A stretch of DNA of 64,000 nucleotides from contig OZ241986.1 in assembly GCA_965204375.1 (NCBI GenBank), forward strand, positions 576,001-640,000. The letters run 5' to 3'. Source of the stretch: Candidatus Latescibacterota bacterium. GTDB taxonomy: Bacteria; Latescibacterota; UBA2968. Shown here piece by piece: positions 19,198-29,495 of this stretch. The notes below the pieces were generated by a model, which worked only from the letters and a program-made list of their open reading frames with translations, was not told the origin of the DNA and did not search any database. A program made the position numbers and the translations under genes. Position 1 is the stretch's first letter. Each line of letters opens with the position of its first letter.

Positions 19198-19935
19198 ATG
19201 AGTGAATTGAGAACGATTATGAACACCATCCATACCATAGAAGACCTGATACAACTCCTGGACGAAAATCCCCAGTGGACCGAAGCCATGCGTGCCCGGC
19301 TATTGACGCGCGAACTGATTGAACTGCCCGAAAAGTTCACACAGTTTGCCGTCGAGATGAATAGCTTTGTTGCAGAGGTAAAGAGCTTCATCGAGGCCAC
19401 GAACCGGCGTTTTGAAAGCCTTGAACAGTACCTTGACCAGTCCATTGAGGCCACGAATCGGCGTTTTGATACACTCGAAAATAGAGTGAAGTCCATCCAG
19501 GATGATGTAGGGATACTCAAAGGTGCCCACGCCCGCAGTGCCGCGCTTAGAGAGGCCACCTCCATTGCCAGGGACATCGGCCTTCAGCGGACGAAAAACC
19601 TCACTCAGGACGATCTGTGGGCACTGACCGACCTCGCCGATACATCGGGTATTCCCGTAAACGAACTGAGGAGTTTCCGCCGCGCCGATCTGATCATGGA
19701 GGCCACCGATCTGAATGGCGAAACTTGCTACATCGCCGTGGAAATTTCCTTTACCGCCAATGGCCGGGACACCACTCGCGCCCTCCGAAACGCCGATTTT
19801 TTGACGAGGTTCACGAGTAAGCAATCCTATGCCGCTGTGGCTGGTCTGTACCGAGATGACCGCATACAGGACGAAATCGAATCTGGAGAAGTATTCTGGT
19901 ATCAACTGGATCCGGAAGTCTTGGAAGCAGAGTAA
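19198..19935 (+). CDS. Coiled-coil protein with degenerate PD-(D/E)XK-like C-terminus
   Basis: Internal repeat IEATNRRF twice; ADLIM...YIAVEIS...DTTRA. Confidence 0.7.
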   Translation: MSELRTIMNTIHTIEDLIQLLDENPQWTEAMRARLLTRELIELPEKFTQFAVEMNSFVAEVKSFIEATNRRFESLEQYLDQSIEATNRRFDTLENRVKSIQDDVGILKGAHARSAALREATSIARDIGLQRTKNLTQDDLWALTDLADTSGIPVNELRSFRRADLIMEATDLNGETCYIAVEISFTANGRDTTRALRNADFLTRFTSKQSYAAVAGLYRDDRIQDEIESGEVFWYQLDPEVLEAE

Positions 19936-19985
19936 CAACCCATGCCCTTTCTTCCCTACACAATAACAACGGCTAAAGGCCATTT

Positions 19986-20930
19986 ATGCGTCACAAAAAG
20001 CTATCAAAGCGTTCTCGCATCCGACACTCGATTCTCGGTGCAATAGGCAATACGCCGCTGTTGCGTATCCGGGACCTGGGAGACAAGATCAATCCCGAGG
20101 TTGAAATCTGGGCGAAGTTGGAGATGTTTAACCCGGGCGGATCGGTCAAGGATCGCCCCGCTTTGCAGATGATTGAAGATGCCGAAAAAGCAGGGGTGCT
20201 CACGCCGGAGAAAGTGATTTTGGATTCGACTTCGGGCAATACGGGTATTGCGTATGCCATGATCGGCGCAGCAAAGGGATACCGCGTCGAGTTGGTTATG
20301 CCCGAGAGCGTGAGTATTGAGCGGCGATACGTCATTCAGTCTTATGGATCTGATCTGGTGTTGAGCGACCCTCTTGAAGGTTCAGATGGTGCGATTTTGA
20401 AATGTCGAGAAATGCTGGCTGCAAATCCCGATTTGTATTACAAACCCGATCAGTACAATAATCCATCCAATTCCAGGGCACATTATTTGCATACGGCACC
20501 GGAAATCTGGTCGCAGACACAGGGGAGGGTGACGCATTTTGTGGCGACGTTGGGCACGAGCGGTACTGTAATGGGGACTGGCAGAGGTCTGAGGGCATTT
20601 AATCCCGATGTGCAGATTATTGCCGTTGAACCACCCGAATTTCACGGGATTGAGGGCCTGAAAAATATGGATGTGTCTATTGTGCCAGGTATTTACGATC
20701 CATCGGTGTGGGACCAGAAGATTCGGATTGAAACAGAAGATGCGTATGACATTGCGCGATGGTTGACGCGAGATATGGGTTTGCTGGTGGGGCAGTCTTG
20801 CGGTGCGGCGATGGCCGCTGCTCTAAAAGTTGCCGAGACTCTGGATGAAGGGGTCATCGTCACTTTGTTTCCCGATAGTGGTGAAAAGTATATGAGTACG
20901 CCTCTGTGGCGGCTCGATCCCGAGAGGTAG
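19986..20930 (+). CDS. cysM: PLP-dependent cysteine synthase, probably the CysO-dependent CysM type
   Basis: NPGGSVKDR, STSGNTG, GTSGT; adjacent to mec and cysO. Confidence 0.85.
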   Translation: MRHKKLSKRSRIRHSILGAIGNTPLLRIRDLGDKINPEVEIWAKLEMFNPGGSVKDRPALQMIEDAEKAGVLTPEKVILDSTSGNTGIAYAMIGAAKGYRVELVMPESVSIERRYVIQSYGSDLVLSDPLEGSDGAILKCREMLAANPDLYYKPDQYNNPSNSRAHYLHTAPEIWSQTQGRVTHFVATLGTSGTVMGTGRGLRAFNPDVQIIAVEPPEFHGIEGLKNMDVSIVPGIYDPSVWDQKIRIETEDAYDIARWLTRDMGLLVGQSCGAAMAAALKVAETLDEGVIVTLFPDSGEKYMSTPLWRLDPER

Positions 20931-20932
20931 AG

Positions 20933-21388
20933 ATGTTTGACAAAGCGATTTGGGACGCCATGTTTGTCCATGCACAGCGGGAATACCCGGCTGAGTGTTG
21001 CGGTATTGTGACCGAAGATGCTTCGGGGGGGCAGGTGATTCATCCGTGTGAGAATATCCAGGATAAATTGCACGCTGCCGATCCCGAAACCCATCCGCGC
21101 ACTTCCCGGACAGCCTATCGCATGAACGATATGCAGGTGATGAAAATTCAATCGGAGACGGAGCAAGCGGGTGGGCGGATTGTCGCGATCTATCATTCGC
21201 ATATCGATGTAGATGCTTATTTTTCTCAAGAGGATCAAGATGCGGCGACATTTTTTGGTGAGCCAACCTATCCGGGCGTGGTTTATCCCATCATTCCAGT
21301 AAAAAATGCCCGGGTGGATATCGGCGGGGAAAAAGTTTTTCAATGGCGTGATTCGTCGTCAAAATTTGAGGAAGTGGAAATTCGGTGA
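20933..21388 (+). CDS. JAB/Mov34 metallopeptidase (Mec-like)
   Basis: YPAECCG; JAMM motif IYHSHIDVDAYFSQED. Confidence 0.88.
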   Translation: MFDKAIWDAMFVHAQREYPAECCGIVTEDASGGQVIHPCENIQDKLHAADPETHPRTSRTAYRMNDMQVMKIQSETEQAGGRIVAIYHSHIDVDAYFSQEDQDAATFFGEPTYPGVVYPIIPVKNARVDIGGEKVFQWRDSSSKFEEVEIR

Positions 21389-21410
21389 AATGTAAAAAAG
21401 GAGGTAACAA

Positions 21411-21686
21411 ATGGCTGTCACAGTTCGGATTCCAACGCCGTTGCGCAAATTTACAGGTGATCAATCCGATGTAGAAGTGCAGGGCGCGACGGTTGGGGAA
21501 GCTATCGACAATCTCGAAGCACAGCATGCGGGCATTAAGGAACACATGGTCGATGAGTCGGGTGCTATTCGACGCTTTGTCAATGTGTATGTCAACGAAG
21601 AGGATATTCGCTTTCTGGATGGACCCGATACGGATCTCAAAGACGGCGACCAGGTGACTATTGTGCCTGCGATTGCCGGTGGGTAA
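21411..21686 (+). CDS. Ubiquitin-like sulfur carrier (CysO/MoaD/ThiS family)
   Basis: VRIPTPLR...RRFVNVYVNEEDIRF...PAIAGG C-terminus. Confidence 0.92.
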   Translation: MAVTVRIPTPLRKFTGDQSDVEVQGATVGEAIDNLEAQHAGIKEHMVDESGAIRRFVNVYVNEEDIRFLDGPDTDLKDGDQVTIVPAIAGG

Positions 21687-21752
21687 AAAACGGTCAGATA
21701 TCAATCCTCGCCGTTTTTATGTGCTGTGCGGGGAATAACCACTAACCACTTC

Positions 21753-21780
21753 GTAAGGGCGGGTTTCAAACCCGTCCCTA
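21753..21780. repeat. REP-like palindrome, degenerate copy
   Basis: gtaagggcgggtttcaaacccgtcccta; same core as 33398..33426. Confidence 0.7.
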
Positions 21781-21789
21781 ACTAATCTT

Positions 21790-22221
21790 ATGATGCACAT
21801 TTCCGCTAAAGGTGACTATGGTTTGCGCGCGGTCTTAGACCTGTGTCTGCACGATGGGAAAGGGCCAATTTTGCGTACCGATATCGCTGCGCGGCAACAC
21901 ATCCCCGAAGCGTATCTGGTGCAACTGCTCAATCTTTTGCGAAAAGCCGGTTTGGTACACAGCATTCGCGGTCCCAAAGGCGGACATGTGTTGTTGAAAC
22001 GTCCAGATGAACTGACCGTGGAAGAGGTGTTGGCTGCTCTGGAGGGGCCTGTCAATTTGGTGGATAAGCGCGAAAAGGCTGAGGATGCGGGAACAGATGT
22101 GCTCAATGACGTGTGGGAAGCTGTGGGGACCGCTGTACACGATGTCCTGTCATCGGTGACATTTGCCGATTTGTGCCGAAAGTACCGGGCGCGTCAGATG
22201 CCTGTCACATTCCGGATTTGA
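21790..22221 (+). CDS. Rrf2-family regulator (CymR-like)
   Basis: KGDYGLRA...IPEAYLVQLL...SIRGPKGG; next to cysK; lacks the IscR cysteine triad. Confidence 0.9.
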   Translation: MMHISAKGDYGLRAVLDLCLHDGKGPILRTDIAARQHIPEAYLVQLLNLLRKAGLVHSIRGPKGGHVLLKRPDELTVEEVLAALEGPVNLVDKREKAEDAGTDVLNDVWEAVGTAVHDVLSSVTFADLCRKYRARQMPVTFRI

Positions 22222-22223
22222 TT

Positions 22224-23144
22224 ATGGATGGCGCGAAAACTGGACATACGGTGTTGGACCTCGTGGGCAACACGCCCATGGTACAACTGAACTCGGTGGG
22301 ACCTGAAAATGGTGCTCAGCTTTGGGCGAAATTGGAATTTTTTAACCCGGCGGGCAGCGTAAAAGATCGCACGGCTCTCGCTATGGTTGAGGCCGCAGAA
22401 GAAAATGGGCAACTCAAACCCGGTATGACCATTGTGGAACCGACCAGTGGCAATACGGGTATTGGCCTTGCCATGGTGGCTGCGATTAAAAATTATCGGC
22501 TGATCATTACCATGCCCGAAGGCGTCAGCGACGAGCGCACCCGATTGCTCAAAGCTTATGGTGCCGAGGTTGTGCTAACACCCGTCCGCGAGGGGATGCG
22601 GGGGGCAATTGAAAAAGCGTGGACGCTTAAGGACAAAAATTGTTTTATTCCGATGCAGTTTGAAAATCCCGCCAATCCCGAGATTCATCGGCAGACCACT
22701 GCCAGCGAGATGATTTCACAACTCGAGGGCGTTCCCGATGCTTTTGTCGCAGGTGTGGGAACGGGGGGGACCGTGACCGGTGTGGGCGAGGTTTTTAAGC
22801 AGGTGCGATCAGATGTCGTGGTCGTCGGCGTAGAGCCAAGGGATTCTGCGGTGTTATCGGGTGGAGAACCCGGTCCCACTGAGATCGATGGTCTGGGCGC
22901 AGGCATGATTCCAGATGTGCTGAATACGGAAATACTGGATCGCGTGATTGCCGTATCCAATTCGGATGCGCGCAAGATGTCAAAGCGATTGGCGCGCGAA
23001 GAGGGCTTGCTGGTGGGGATTTCGTCGGGTGCAGCAGCACACGCCGCCGCTGTTGTCGCTTCTGGTATGAGACCTCAACAGACGGTCGCAACGGTATTGT
23101 GCGATACCGGTGAACGGTATTTGGGCACGTTTTTATTTGGGTGA
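22224..23144 (+). CDS. cysK: Cysteine synthase A
   Basis: NPAGSVKDR, PTSGNTG, QFENPAN, GVGTGGT. Confidence 0.92.
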   Translation: MDGAKTGHTVLDLVGNTPMVQLNSVGPENGAQLWAKLEFFNPAGSVKDRTALAMVEAAEENGQLKPGMTIVEPTSGNTGIGLAMVAAIKNYRLIITMPEGVSDERTRLLKAYGAEVVLTPVREGMRGAIEKAWTLKDKNCFIPMQFENPANPEIHRQTTASEMISQLEGVPDAFVAGVGTGGTVTGVGEVFKQVRSDVVVVGVEPRDSAVLSGGEPGPTEIDGLGAGMIPDVLNTEILDRVIAVSNSDARKMSKRLAREEGLLVGISSGAAAHAAAVVASGMRPQQTVATVLCDTGERYLGTFLFG

Positions 23145-23160
23145 TGCACGCGATTGTGAC

Positions 23161-23200
23161 AAAAAAACCCGGCATCTTTTTGAGATTGCCGGGGTTTTTT
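23161..23200. terminator. Bidirectional terminator between cysK and rpsT
   Basis: aaaaaaacccggca...tgccggggtttttt. Confidence 0.8.
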
Positions 23201-23215
23201 GTTTTTGCAGATATT

Positions 23216-23473
23216 TTACGATTCAAGGTCAGCGACGTGGCGCCGTACTCTCGATTTGTAGCGGGCGGCCGCATTGCGGTGGATAACGCCTTTTTGGGCT
23301 GTTTTATCAATTATGGACTGCGTGCGATTGATCAGTGCTTCTGCTTCTTCTTTGCTATTTGTCGCCAGTATTTTTTTAAGAGAAGTACGCAAGGCCGAAC
23401 GCGTACCCCTGTTGCGGAGCCTGGCTTTTTCAGCCTGGCGCATGCGTTTTTTTGAAGATGCCAATGTGGGCAA
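23216..23473 (-). CDS. rpsT: 30S ribosomal protein S20 (TTG start)
   Basis: SSKKRMRQAEKARLRN...KGVIHRNAAARYKSR; GGAGGTGA RBS. Confidence 0.95.
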   Translation of the reverse strand: MPTLASSKKRMRQAEKARLRNRGTRSALRTSLKKILATNSKEEAEALINRTQSIIDKTAQKGVIHRNAAARYKSRVRRHVADLES

Positions 23474-23631
23474 GGGATTCACCTCCTTAGAGAGTTTTCC
23501 AAAATTCAGAATACAAAATCTAACCATTTAGAGGTATTTGCACAACCCATTTTTCATTTTCTTGTTTTTTTCTGTTTCTGTCTTATTTTACCGCGCAGGT
23601 ATTTAATCAAAACTATTCAGGAGGAATTACA

Positions 23632-24582
23632 ATGGCATCAACTATTTATGTTGGCACAATCGGTCAGGGCGTCTGGCGAAGTGAAGATGGTGGCGACTCC
23701 TGGCGGCGCACGAGCAGCGGTATGTTCTCGGAATCGGATATTCGCGCCATTGCCGTGCATCCGGATGATGCGTCAATTCTCTTTGCGGGAACAGAGGCCG
23801 GTATTTATCGCTCGCAAAACGGGGGGGACAACTGGGAAAAATTGGATTCTCCAATGAACGGTATGCAAATCTGGTCCATTGCGATTCACCCCAGAAGTCC
23901 AAATACGGTTTATGCTGGCACATGTCCTTCTGCACTATTTCGGTCGGATGATGGCGGTGAGACGTGGAAGCAACTTTCCGTGGAACTCGTCGAGGATTGC
24001 GGTGCTATTATTCCGCGCGTCACGACTATTATCACAGATCCGACAGATGATCAGACCGTCTATGCGGGTATTGAAATCGACGGCATGCGGATTAGCAGAG
24101 ACGGCGGCGAGACATGGACATCTGGTAATGAGGGGCTTTCGAGTCTCGACATTCACGGCCTCGCGCTTGTTCCCGGAAGTCCAAAAACACTTGTGGCTGG
24201 CACAAATAATGATGTGTGCATCACAACCGATATGATGAATTGGACACGGCTCAATGTGAAAGCAGAGTTTCCCTGGCCCTATTGCAGGGGGGTGCTCTAT
24301 ATGTCAAATGGTCGGGTGTATGTCGGCGCGGGAAATGGTCCACCAGGCAATGAGGGGGGGCTGTTCTACACTTCTGATCTGGGACATTCGTGGGAGCGTG
24401 CCGATCTGAATGGCAATACCAACAGCACGGTCTGGGCGATTGCCCACAATCCCGCTGTGCCGAATTTGATGATAGCGTATAGTATTGCCGGACAAATTTT
24501 TAGCAGTACCGACAATGGCGATTCCTGGACGAAGATCACCCGCGAGTTCGGCGAAGTTCGCGCGGTAGCTATTGCGCCGTGA
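23632..24582 (+). CDS. BNR/Asp-box beta-propeller protein
   Basis: Repeated SxDGGxxW motifs. Confidence 0.85.
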   Translation: MASTIYVGTIGQGVWRSEDGGDSWRRTSSGMFSESDIRAIAVHPDDASILFAGTEAGIYRSQNGGDNWEKLDSPMNGMQIWSIAIHPRSPNTVYAGTCPSALFRSDDGGETWKQLSVELVEDCGAIIPRVTTIITDPTDDQTVYAGIEIDGMRISRDGGETWTSGNEGLSSLDIHGLALVPGSPKTLVAGTNNDVCITTDMMNWTRLNVKAEFPWPYCRGVLYMSNGRVYVGAGNGPPGNEGGLFYTSDLGHSWERADLNGNTNSTVWAIAHNPAVPNLMIAYSIAGQIFSSTDNGDSWTKITREFGEVRAVAIAP

Positions 24583-24601
24583 TACAGGTGATGGATAGTG
24601 G

Positions 24602-26254
24602 CTAAACGAGTTTTTCCTCTGCAGCTGACCACGTTCCGCATCTGATTTCCAGCATGTGATCCACGGGCGTCGTAAATGTCATCAATACGCGGAAGGCTGT
24701 GGGGGCGGACTCGCTGCCCCGCAACGCCCAGAAGCGGTGGGCATACGCGCCCGGTCCGACGGAAATGGCGTCGTTGCCCGTGTGGTAGGTCGCATATCCA
24801 GATTTGAGAAATGCTACTTCTGCGGCCTGACCACGCACGATGCCGCTGTCAAAATCCAGTTCGCCACCGGGTACAAAATCGCACGCGATTTGAAATGGTA
24901 CGCGGTCATAGCCCTCTGATTTTACGCGCAGATTAAATCCGCTATCTACTTCTTCAATTTCCAATACTGTCGTTAGTGGCGGCAGAGCGTACACATCTCT
25001 TTCTTTTCGCAAATTGTAAAATTCCTCAAAGGCGACTTCGCGTCCCAATGGCAGGTCATAACCGGGTCTGCCGCCATCTGAACTGCGGCTTATGTGCGCC
25101 ATTCTGATTTTGCCATCTACTTCTTCAAAGGTCTCACCTGAAAATTGCGCGATAGAAAAATAACTCGCGCACAGGTTCACCGAGGCCAATTCTACGTCTC
25201 CATGCTTGACGCCAAATGGCGATGTTATACCTGTACCTGCTGTGGCACTCGTTTTTTTGCGCCGCACGCGCCACAATTGAGCGGTTGGATAAACCTTTGC
25301 GTACGATTCGGGCAAAGGCTCGCGTTTGAGGTTATCCACTCGCCATTCGGGATGGGTTAAAAACGGTTCCAGTGCCCACGGCAAACCGCCCGGGGATATG
25401 GAGTATAACCAATCTGCGATTGCTGCATAAAATCCATTGCCATCTCGTCGCGCCATGTTGTAATAACTATCGACCATATTGACCAGTACCACGCGCGTGC
25501 CGTGGTCCTGTCTGCGGGAAAAACTCGTTACAACGGTTCCGTCTGCATGTAACATGTGATAGGACAAATCCAGATTTCGGCGCACGGGTTCCAGAAGTTG
25601 GGGGCGATTGAGGGCGTCGGCAGCCAGTCTCAGCGCGCGATTGCAGACAACATTATACGTGCCTGCGCTGCGCTCGATGTATTCGCCATCGGCATTGTTG
25701 TCTATTGTTTCGGCGAGATAGCTTTCAATGGTGTCCCTTCCGTCCAGATTGGGGAATAATTCCAGCGCCTGGGAAAGCGCGGCGACCAATACCCAGCGGT
25801 GATTCGGCGTGTGGAATCCGCCCGCGATCATGCCCGGTACAGCCGTTTGAATGATTTCACCGAGTACTTCGGCAATCTGTTCTGCGCCGTCATCTCTTGC
25901 TTTGCGAGCCGCGCGAACTACCGGCGCGAGTCCCTCGACCAGAAATCCCGTGTCTGGCGATGAGTCAAAATTAGTTGTAATAAGATCAAAGCATCCACTC
26001 TCCCGGCGAATCTTTCGCGCGAAGGCCGCGCCAGCGAGAATGCGTGCCAGAATTTCTTCGCTTTGATAATATCGACTTCCCTCCAGAAGATAGGCATAGC
26101 CCAGGGTGGATACCGCGCTCACATTTGTGGCACCCGCGATCCCGTCGCTAATAAACCCACCGTAATCTTCCCGTTCCACATCCATCACCTGACGAGGTAA
26201 AATGGCTTCTATCTGTTCATTCAGTTTTTCCAACAGTGCTTCGTATTTTAGCAT
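24602..26254 (-). CDS. Hypothetical protein, possibly a lyase-like helical toroid
   Basis: 550-aa ORF with GFHTPNHRWV and DGEYIERS motifs. Confidence 0.7.
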   Translation of the reverse strand: MLKYEALLEKLNEQIEAILPRQVMDVEREDYGGFISDGIAGATNVSAVSTLGYAYLLEGSRYYQSEEILARILAGAAFARKIRRESGCFDLITTNFDSSPDTGFLVEGLAPVVRAARKARDDGAEQIAEVLGEIIQTAVPGMIAGGFHTPNHRWVLVAALSQALELFPNLDGRDTIESYLAETIDNNADGEYIERSAGTYNVVCNRALRLAADALNRPQLLEPVRRNLDLSYHMLHADGTVVTSFSRRQDHGTRVVLVNMVDSYYNMARRDGNGFYAAIADWLYSISPGGLPWALEPFLTHPEWRVDNLKREPLPESYAKVYPTAQLWRVRRKKTSATAGTGITSPFGVKHGDVELASVNLCASYFSIAQFSGETFEEVDGKIRMAHISRSSDGGRPGYDLPLGREVAFEEFYNLRKERDVYALPPLTTVLEIEEVDSGFNLRVKSEGYDRVPFQIACDFVPGGELDFDSGIVRGQAAEVAFLKSGYATYHTGNDAISVGPGAYAHRFWALRGSESAPTAFRVLMTFTTPVDHMLEIRCGTWSAAEEKLV

Positions 26255-26359
26255 GCATAACCCCTATGAGTAAACGACTACCGGCAAACCGAAGACCTGC
26301 CCAATATATCCCCAATTTGCCCGTATTTCAAGAGAAGTCGTTTCCCACAGGGGCCTTGT

Positions 26360-27004
26360 TCAATGCAAACTGAAACGGATGGGAATGGTCATACGTACCG
26401 CAATTGCTCTGTCATTTTGCATGGCTGGCTCGAACAGAAATTGCCTGACCGCCTCTATGGCTGCAGCGCGGAAAATCTCGGGGCCTTTTAAGACTCGCGG
26501 TTCGGTCACACGCCCTTCACGAGTCACTATAAACGCCACAATCACCTGGCCCTGCAGACCCGCTCTGCGAGCCATCTCTGGATAAACTGGATTTACGAAC
26601 TTGATCAACTCGGGTTTTTGTTCCACGACCCAAAATTCCAGAATTTCTTCCTCTACTTCCACATCGTTTTTCCGCAGCGGGGGTGGGATATCGACGACAG
26701 GTGCATCAAGATCCAGTTCTGTATCGGCAATGGTCACATCATCGGGCACGTCTTCGTCTTCTGTTTCAATGGGTACGGAGGGTCTTGGCAGAGGCGGCAA
26801 TCGCTTCTTCTGATGTGTCTCGGGAATATCTTCAACCTTAAGGACCTCAATAACTTTTTTGGTCGATTTAGAATCGATCTTCATATCTGGAAACAAAATG
26901 GCCAATCCGACCATCAGAAACAGCGTCAATGAAGTAGAATGTCTCATGACCTTTGGATAAATTGCTTTCAAATCGGCATCTGCATGTTTTTTGCGAATCA
27001 TCAT
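26360..27004 (-). CDS. tonB: TonB energy transducer
   Basis: N-terminal TM helix, Pro-rich linker, PVYPEMARRAGLQGQVIV, FEPAMQ. Confidence 0.9.
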   Translation of the reverse strand: MMIRKKHADADLKAIYPKVMRHSTSLTLFLMVGLAILFPDMKIDSKSTKKVIEVLKVEDIPETHQKKRLPPLPRPSVPIETEDEDVPDDVTIADTELDLDAPVVDIPPPLRKNDVEVEEEILEFWVVEQKPELIKFVNPVYPEMARRAGLQGQVIVAFIVTREGRVTEPRVLKGPEIFRAAAIEAVRQFLFEPAMQNDRAIAVRMTIPIRFSLH

Positions 27005-27020
27005 TTCCTCCTTCTTAAAG

Positions 27021-27036
27021 TATTAAAATTTTAATA
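27021..27036. promoter_or_regulatory. Palindromic operator candidate upstream of tonB
   Basis: Perfect palindrome TATTAAAATTTTAATA; near-identical copies upstream of blaI. Confidence 0.6.
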
Positions 27037-27070
27037 GTTCATTTCAAAAAAATATCTGACTCAGCCTGAT

Positions 27071-29098
27071 CTATCCCCCCTTTCGCAGGCCTTCAAGACT
27101 AAAGGTGTGAGCCAGCACATCGAGCTGTCGCATCTGAAGTGCCTTTGTGCGGTTAGGTGCATAAATCCCCATATTGATTAAAAAGAAACGATTCTGAGCG
27201 ACATCAAAGAGTGCATAACTCTTAAACGGTCCACCTTGCCACGCGCGTGTATTTTCCCACAGTCCTTCCAGGCAGACGGCCAATTTACCCAGAAATTCCG
27301 TCTGGTAAATATTTACCTCCCCAGATGATGTTTGATCGCCGCCATAAAAACGGCTCGATACTTCGTCCCACTTTTGCAAACACCAATCCGGTGTCAATTG
27401 ATCGGGATGTACACCGTCTTCCCAATATACCCACAACCACAATTGTCGCCGATCTACCTGACGCGCCAGTGCCACAAAGTTCTCACTTGCATACTCATCC
27501 ATCACTTCATATCCTACCGGCACCCGCATGCGCCAGCCAAATTGCCGTGATAGGGCTTCAGAATGCTCAATGTTTTCTCCAGCGTGATACAGAATGGTTT
27601 CGAGCCATTTTGCCATAGATGCCTCAATCGCCGATACAATGCGGTCGCCGTTGAGCGCGACTTGTTCAGCCACACTTTGATCATCTGCGGCGTGGACGGC
27701 TACAACTATCTGATCTGATGCCCACACATTGCGGTGAATCACTGTCTCATTTTTGGATCGTCCGGTAAACAGCGGCTGCAAGTCCGTCGCCAGAATACCA
27801 TTTGCAGATGAAACAAGGATCAAATTGCGGTAAGCCCGAAAATCCCGAAACGCTTCAGGAGAAACATATACGAGATCAAACACATACTCGGGTTGCGGCG
27901 TCAACACCGGATCTAATAGTAAATCTTCCAATACTGGTTTTAACTCTTCTCGGGTGGCTCCATCGGCCACAACCACAATTTTACTGGTTAGCCCAATGCC
28001 CCGGGGTAGTGGATTGCCGATAAGCACATCTGCCAGAGGTTTGCTCCACCGGGCAATTTTCAAATGGGCTTCGGCTCGACCGGGCACATCAATGAGAGGA
28101 CCGATTTTTATAGCAATGACACAGGCAAATAGGAATATCGCGAGCCAGATGGCACTGTGCGACAGCGATGGGCGGCGCTGACTGAGCAGATATTCAAAGC
28201 GCTTTACCAGATTCGGATGGCGATTTATAATGCCCAATCCTATTGGGCGCACCCTGCCAATCATCTCTGTCAGGCGCGTCAGACAGATCGCATAATCACG
28301 TGCATTGTGACTGTAATGCACGGCGTAATCATCGCAGGCCATTTCTCGCGTTAGTGACAGTTGCCGACTCAGCCACCAGATGCCCGGATTGCACCATAAA
28401 AAAACTTCTGCGAGGCGCTGCACCAGAATGCCGAGAGCATCTCGGCGTTGAACATGCGCAATTTCATGCTTGAGAATTTGCTCCAGTTCGGGTGCTGACA
28501 GTTGCGGTATGAGATATTGCGGTATGAGTACGACCTGGCGAAAAATACCCAGTACTGCGGGGCTGGCAACAGCATCTGAAATTCGCAAACCAACATCCAC
28601 TGAGCCAATCCATCTGCGTTTGTACCGCTCAAACAGAGCCTGAAGATCTTTTCCCGCCCACTTTCCAGATCGCTTCAACCGCAGCATCTGGCAATATCCC
28701 CGTGCTATGCGCCCGAGCATTGCACTGGCAACGGCCAGCCATAAAATCCAGACGACAATCGGCCAGGAAGATGTGCCGTGGCTCGACCGGGGTTTCACAG
28801 GCGTTGCAATTTGTGGTTGTGATGCCTCACTGGCGAGATTGGTATCCGGGACTCTATTTGGGGGAATCATTGCATTCGGTTTATCTGCGGCCTCGTATGG
28901 TGCAGGTGTGACGAGAAACAGAGGCATAACCACCACACCAATCACGGCGACCCATAACAGGCGGTGCAACAAAGACGCAGGCACGCGCAAACGCGAGAGC
29001 ACTGCCACGATCATTGCAGCCAAAAATCCCATCCAGATCCCATTCAGCAGGTAAAACACGCTGAGCCGGGCAATGGTATCAATCCATTCGCCCATCAT
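27071..29098 (-). CDS. BlaR1/M56 peptidase fused to a DUF4837-like domain
   Basis: TM helices, HEIAHVQRRD, REMACD; C-terminal EGLWE..GGPF..YAP..MRQLD. Confidence 0.85.
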   Translation of the reverse strand: MMGEWIDTIARLSVFYLLNGIWMGFLAAMIVAVLSRLRVPASLLHRLLWVAVIGVVVMPLFLVTPAPYEAADKPNAMIPPNRVPDTNLASEASQPQIATPVKPRSSHGTSSWPIVVWILWLAVASAMLGRIARGYCQMLRLKRSGKWAGKDLQALFERYKRRWIGSVDVGLRISDAVASPAVLGIFRQVVLIPQYLIPQLSAPELEQILKHEIAHVQRRDALGILVQRLAEVFLWCNPGIWWLSRQLSLTREMACDDYAVHYSHNARDYAICLTRLTEMIGRVRPIGLGIINRHPNLVKRFEYLLSQRRPSLSHSAIWLAIFLFACVIAIKIGPLIDVPGRAEAHLKIARWSKPLADVLIGNPLPRGIGLTSKIVVVADGATREELKPVLEDLLLDPVLTPQPEYVFDLVYVSPEAFRDFRAYRNLILVSSANGILATDLQPLFTGRSKNETVIHRNVWASDQIVVAVHAADDQSVAEQVALNGDRIVSAIEASMAKWLETILYHAGENIEHSEALSRQFGWRMRVPVGYEVMDEYASENFVALARQVDRRQLWLWVYWEDGVHPDQLTPDWCLQKWDEVSSRFYGGDQTSSGEVNIYQTEFLGKLAVCLEGLWENTRAWQGGPFKSYALFDVAQNRFFLINMGIYAPNRTKALQMRQLDVLAHTFSLEGLRKGG

Positions 29099-29484
29099 GT
29101 TTCATCCTCCTCTGCCTTCTGAATCATTTTGTGAATGCGGGCGAGGTCTTGTGCATCGAGTTCTTCATTTTCCACCAGATTGAGTACCAGCGTTTCTGGC
29201 GAATTGTCGAAAAAACGACTCATCATATACTGAATGGCGCTTCGTTGTGCATCCTCTCGCCCCACGATTGGATAATACACAAATGCCCTGCCTTCTTTTT
29301 CATGTCGCAAATACCCTTTCTGTTCCAGAATGCGCAATATTGTCAATACCGTGCTATACGCCGGAGCTTCACGTCCAGCGAGTGTATTGACAACCTCGCT
29401 CACTGTAGCCGAGCCGCGATCCCAAATCACCTGCATCAATCTCAGTTCGGCATCTGTCAGAGTAGGGGATCTTCGTCTGCCCAT
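29095..29484 (-). CDS. BlaI/MecI/CopY repressor
   Basis: LTDAELRLMQVIW...AYSTVLTILRILEQKGYL...GRAFVY. Confidence 0.94.
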   Translation of the reverse strand: MGRRRSPTLTDAELRLMQVIWDRGSATVSEVVNTLAGREAPAYSTVLTILRILEQKGYLRHEKEGRAFVYYPIVGREDAQRSAIQYMMSRFFDNSPETLVLNLVENEELDAQDLARIHKMIQKAEEDET

Positions 29485-29495
29485 ATAGCCCTCAC

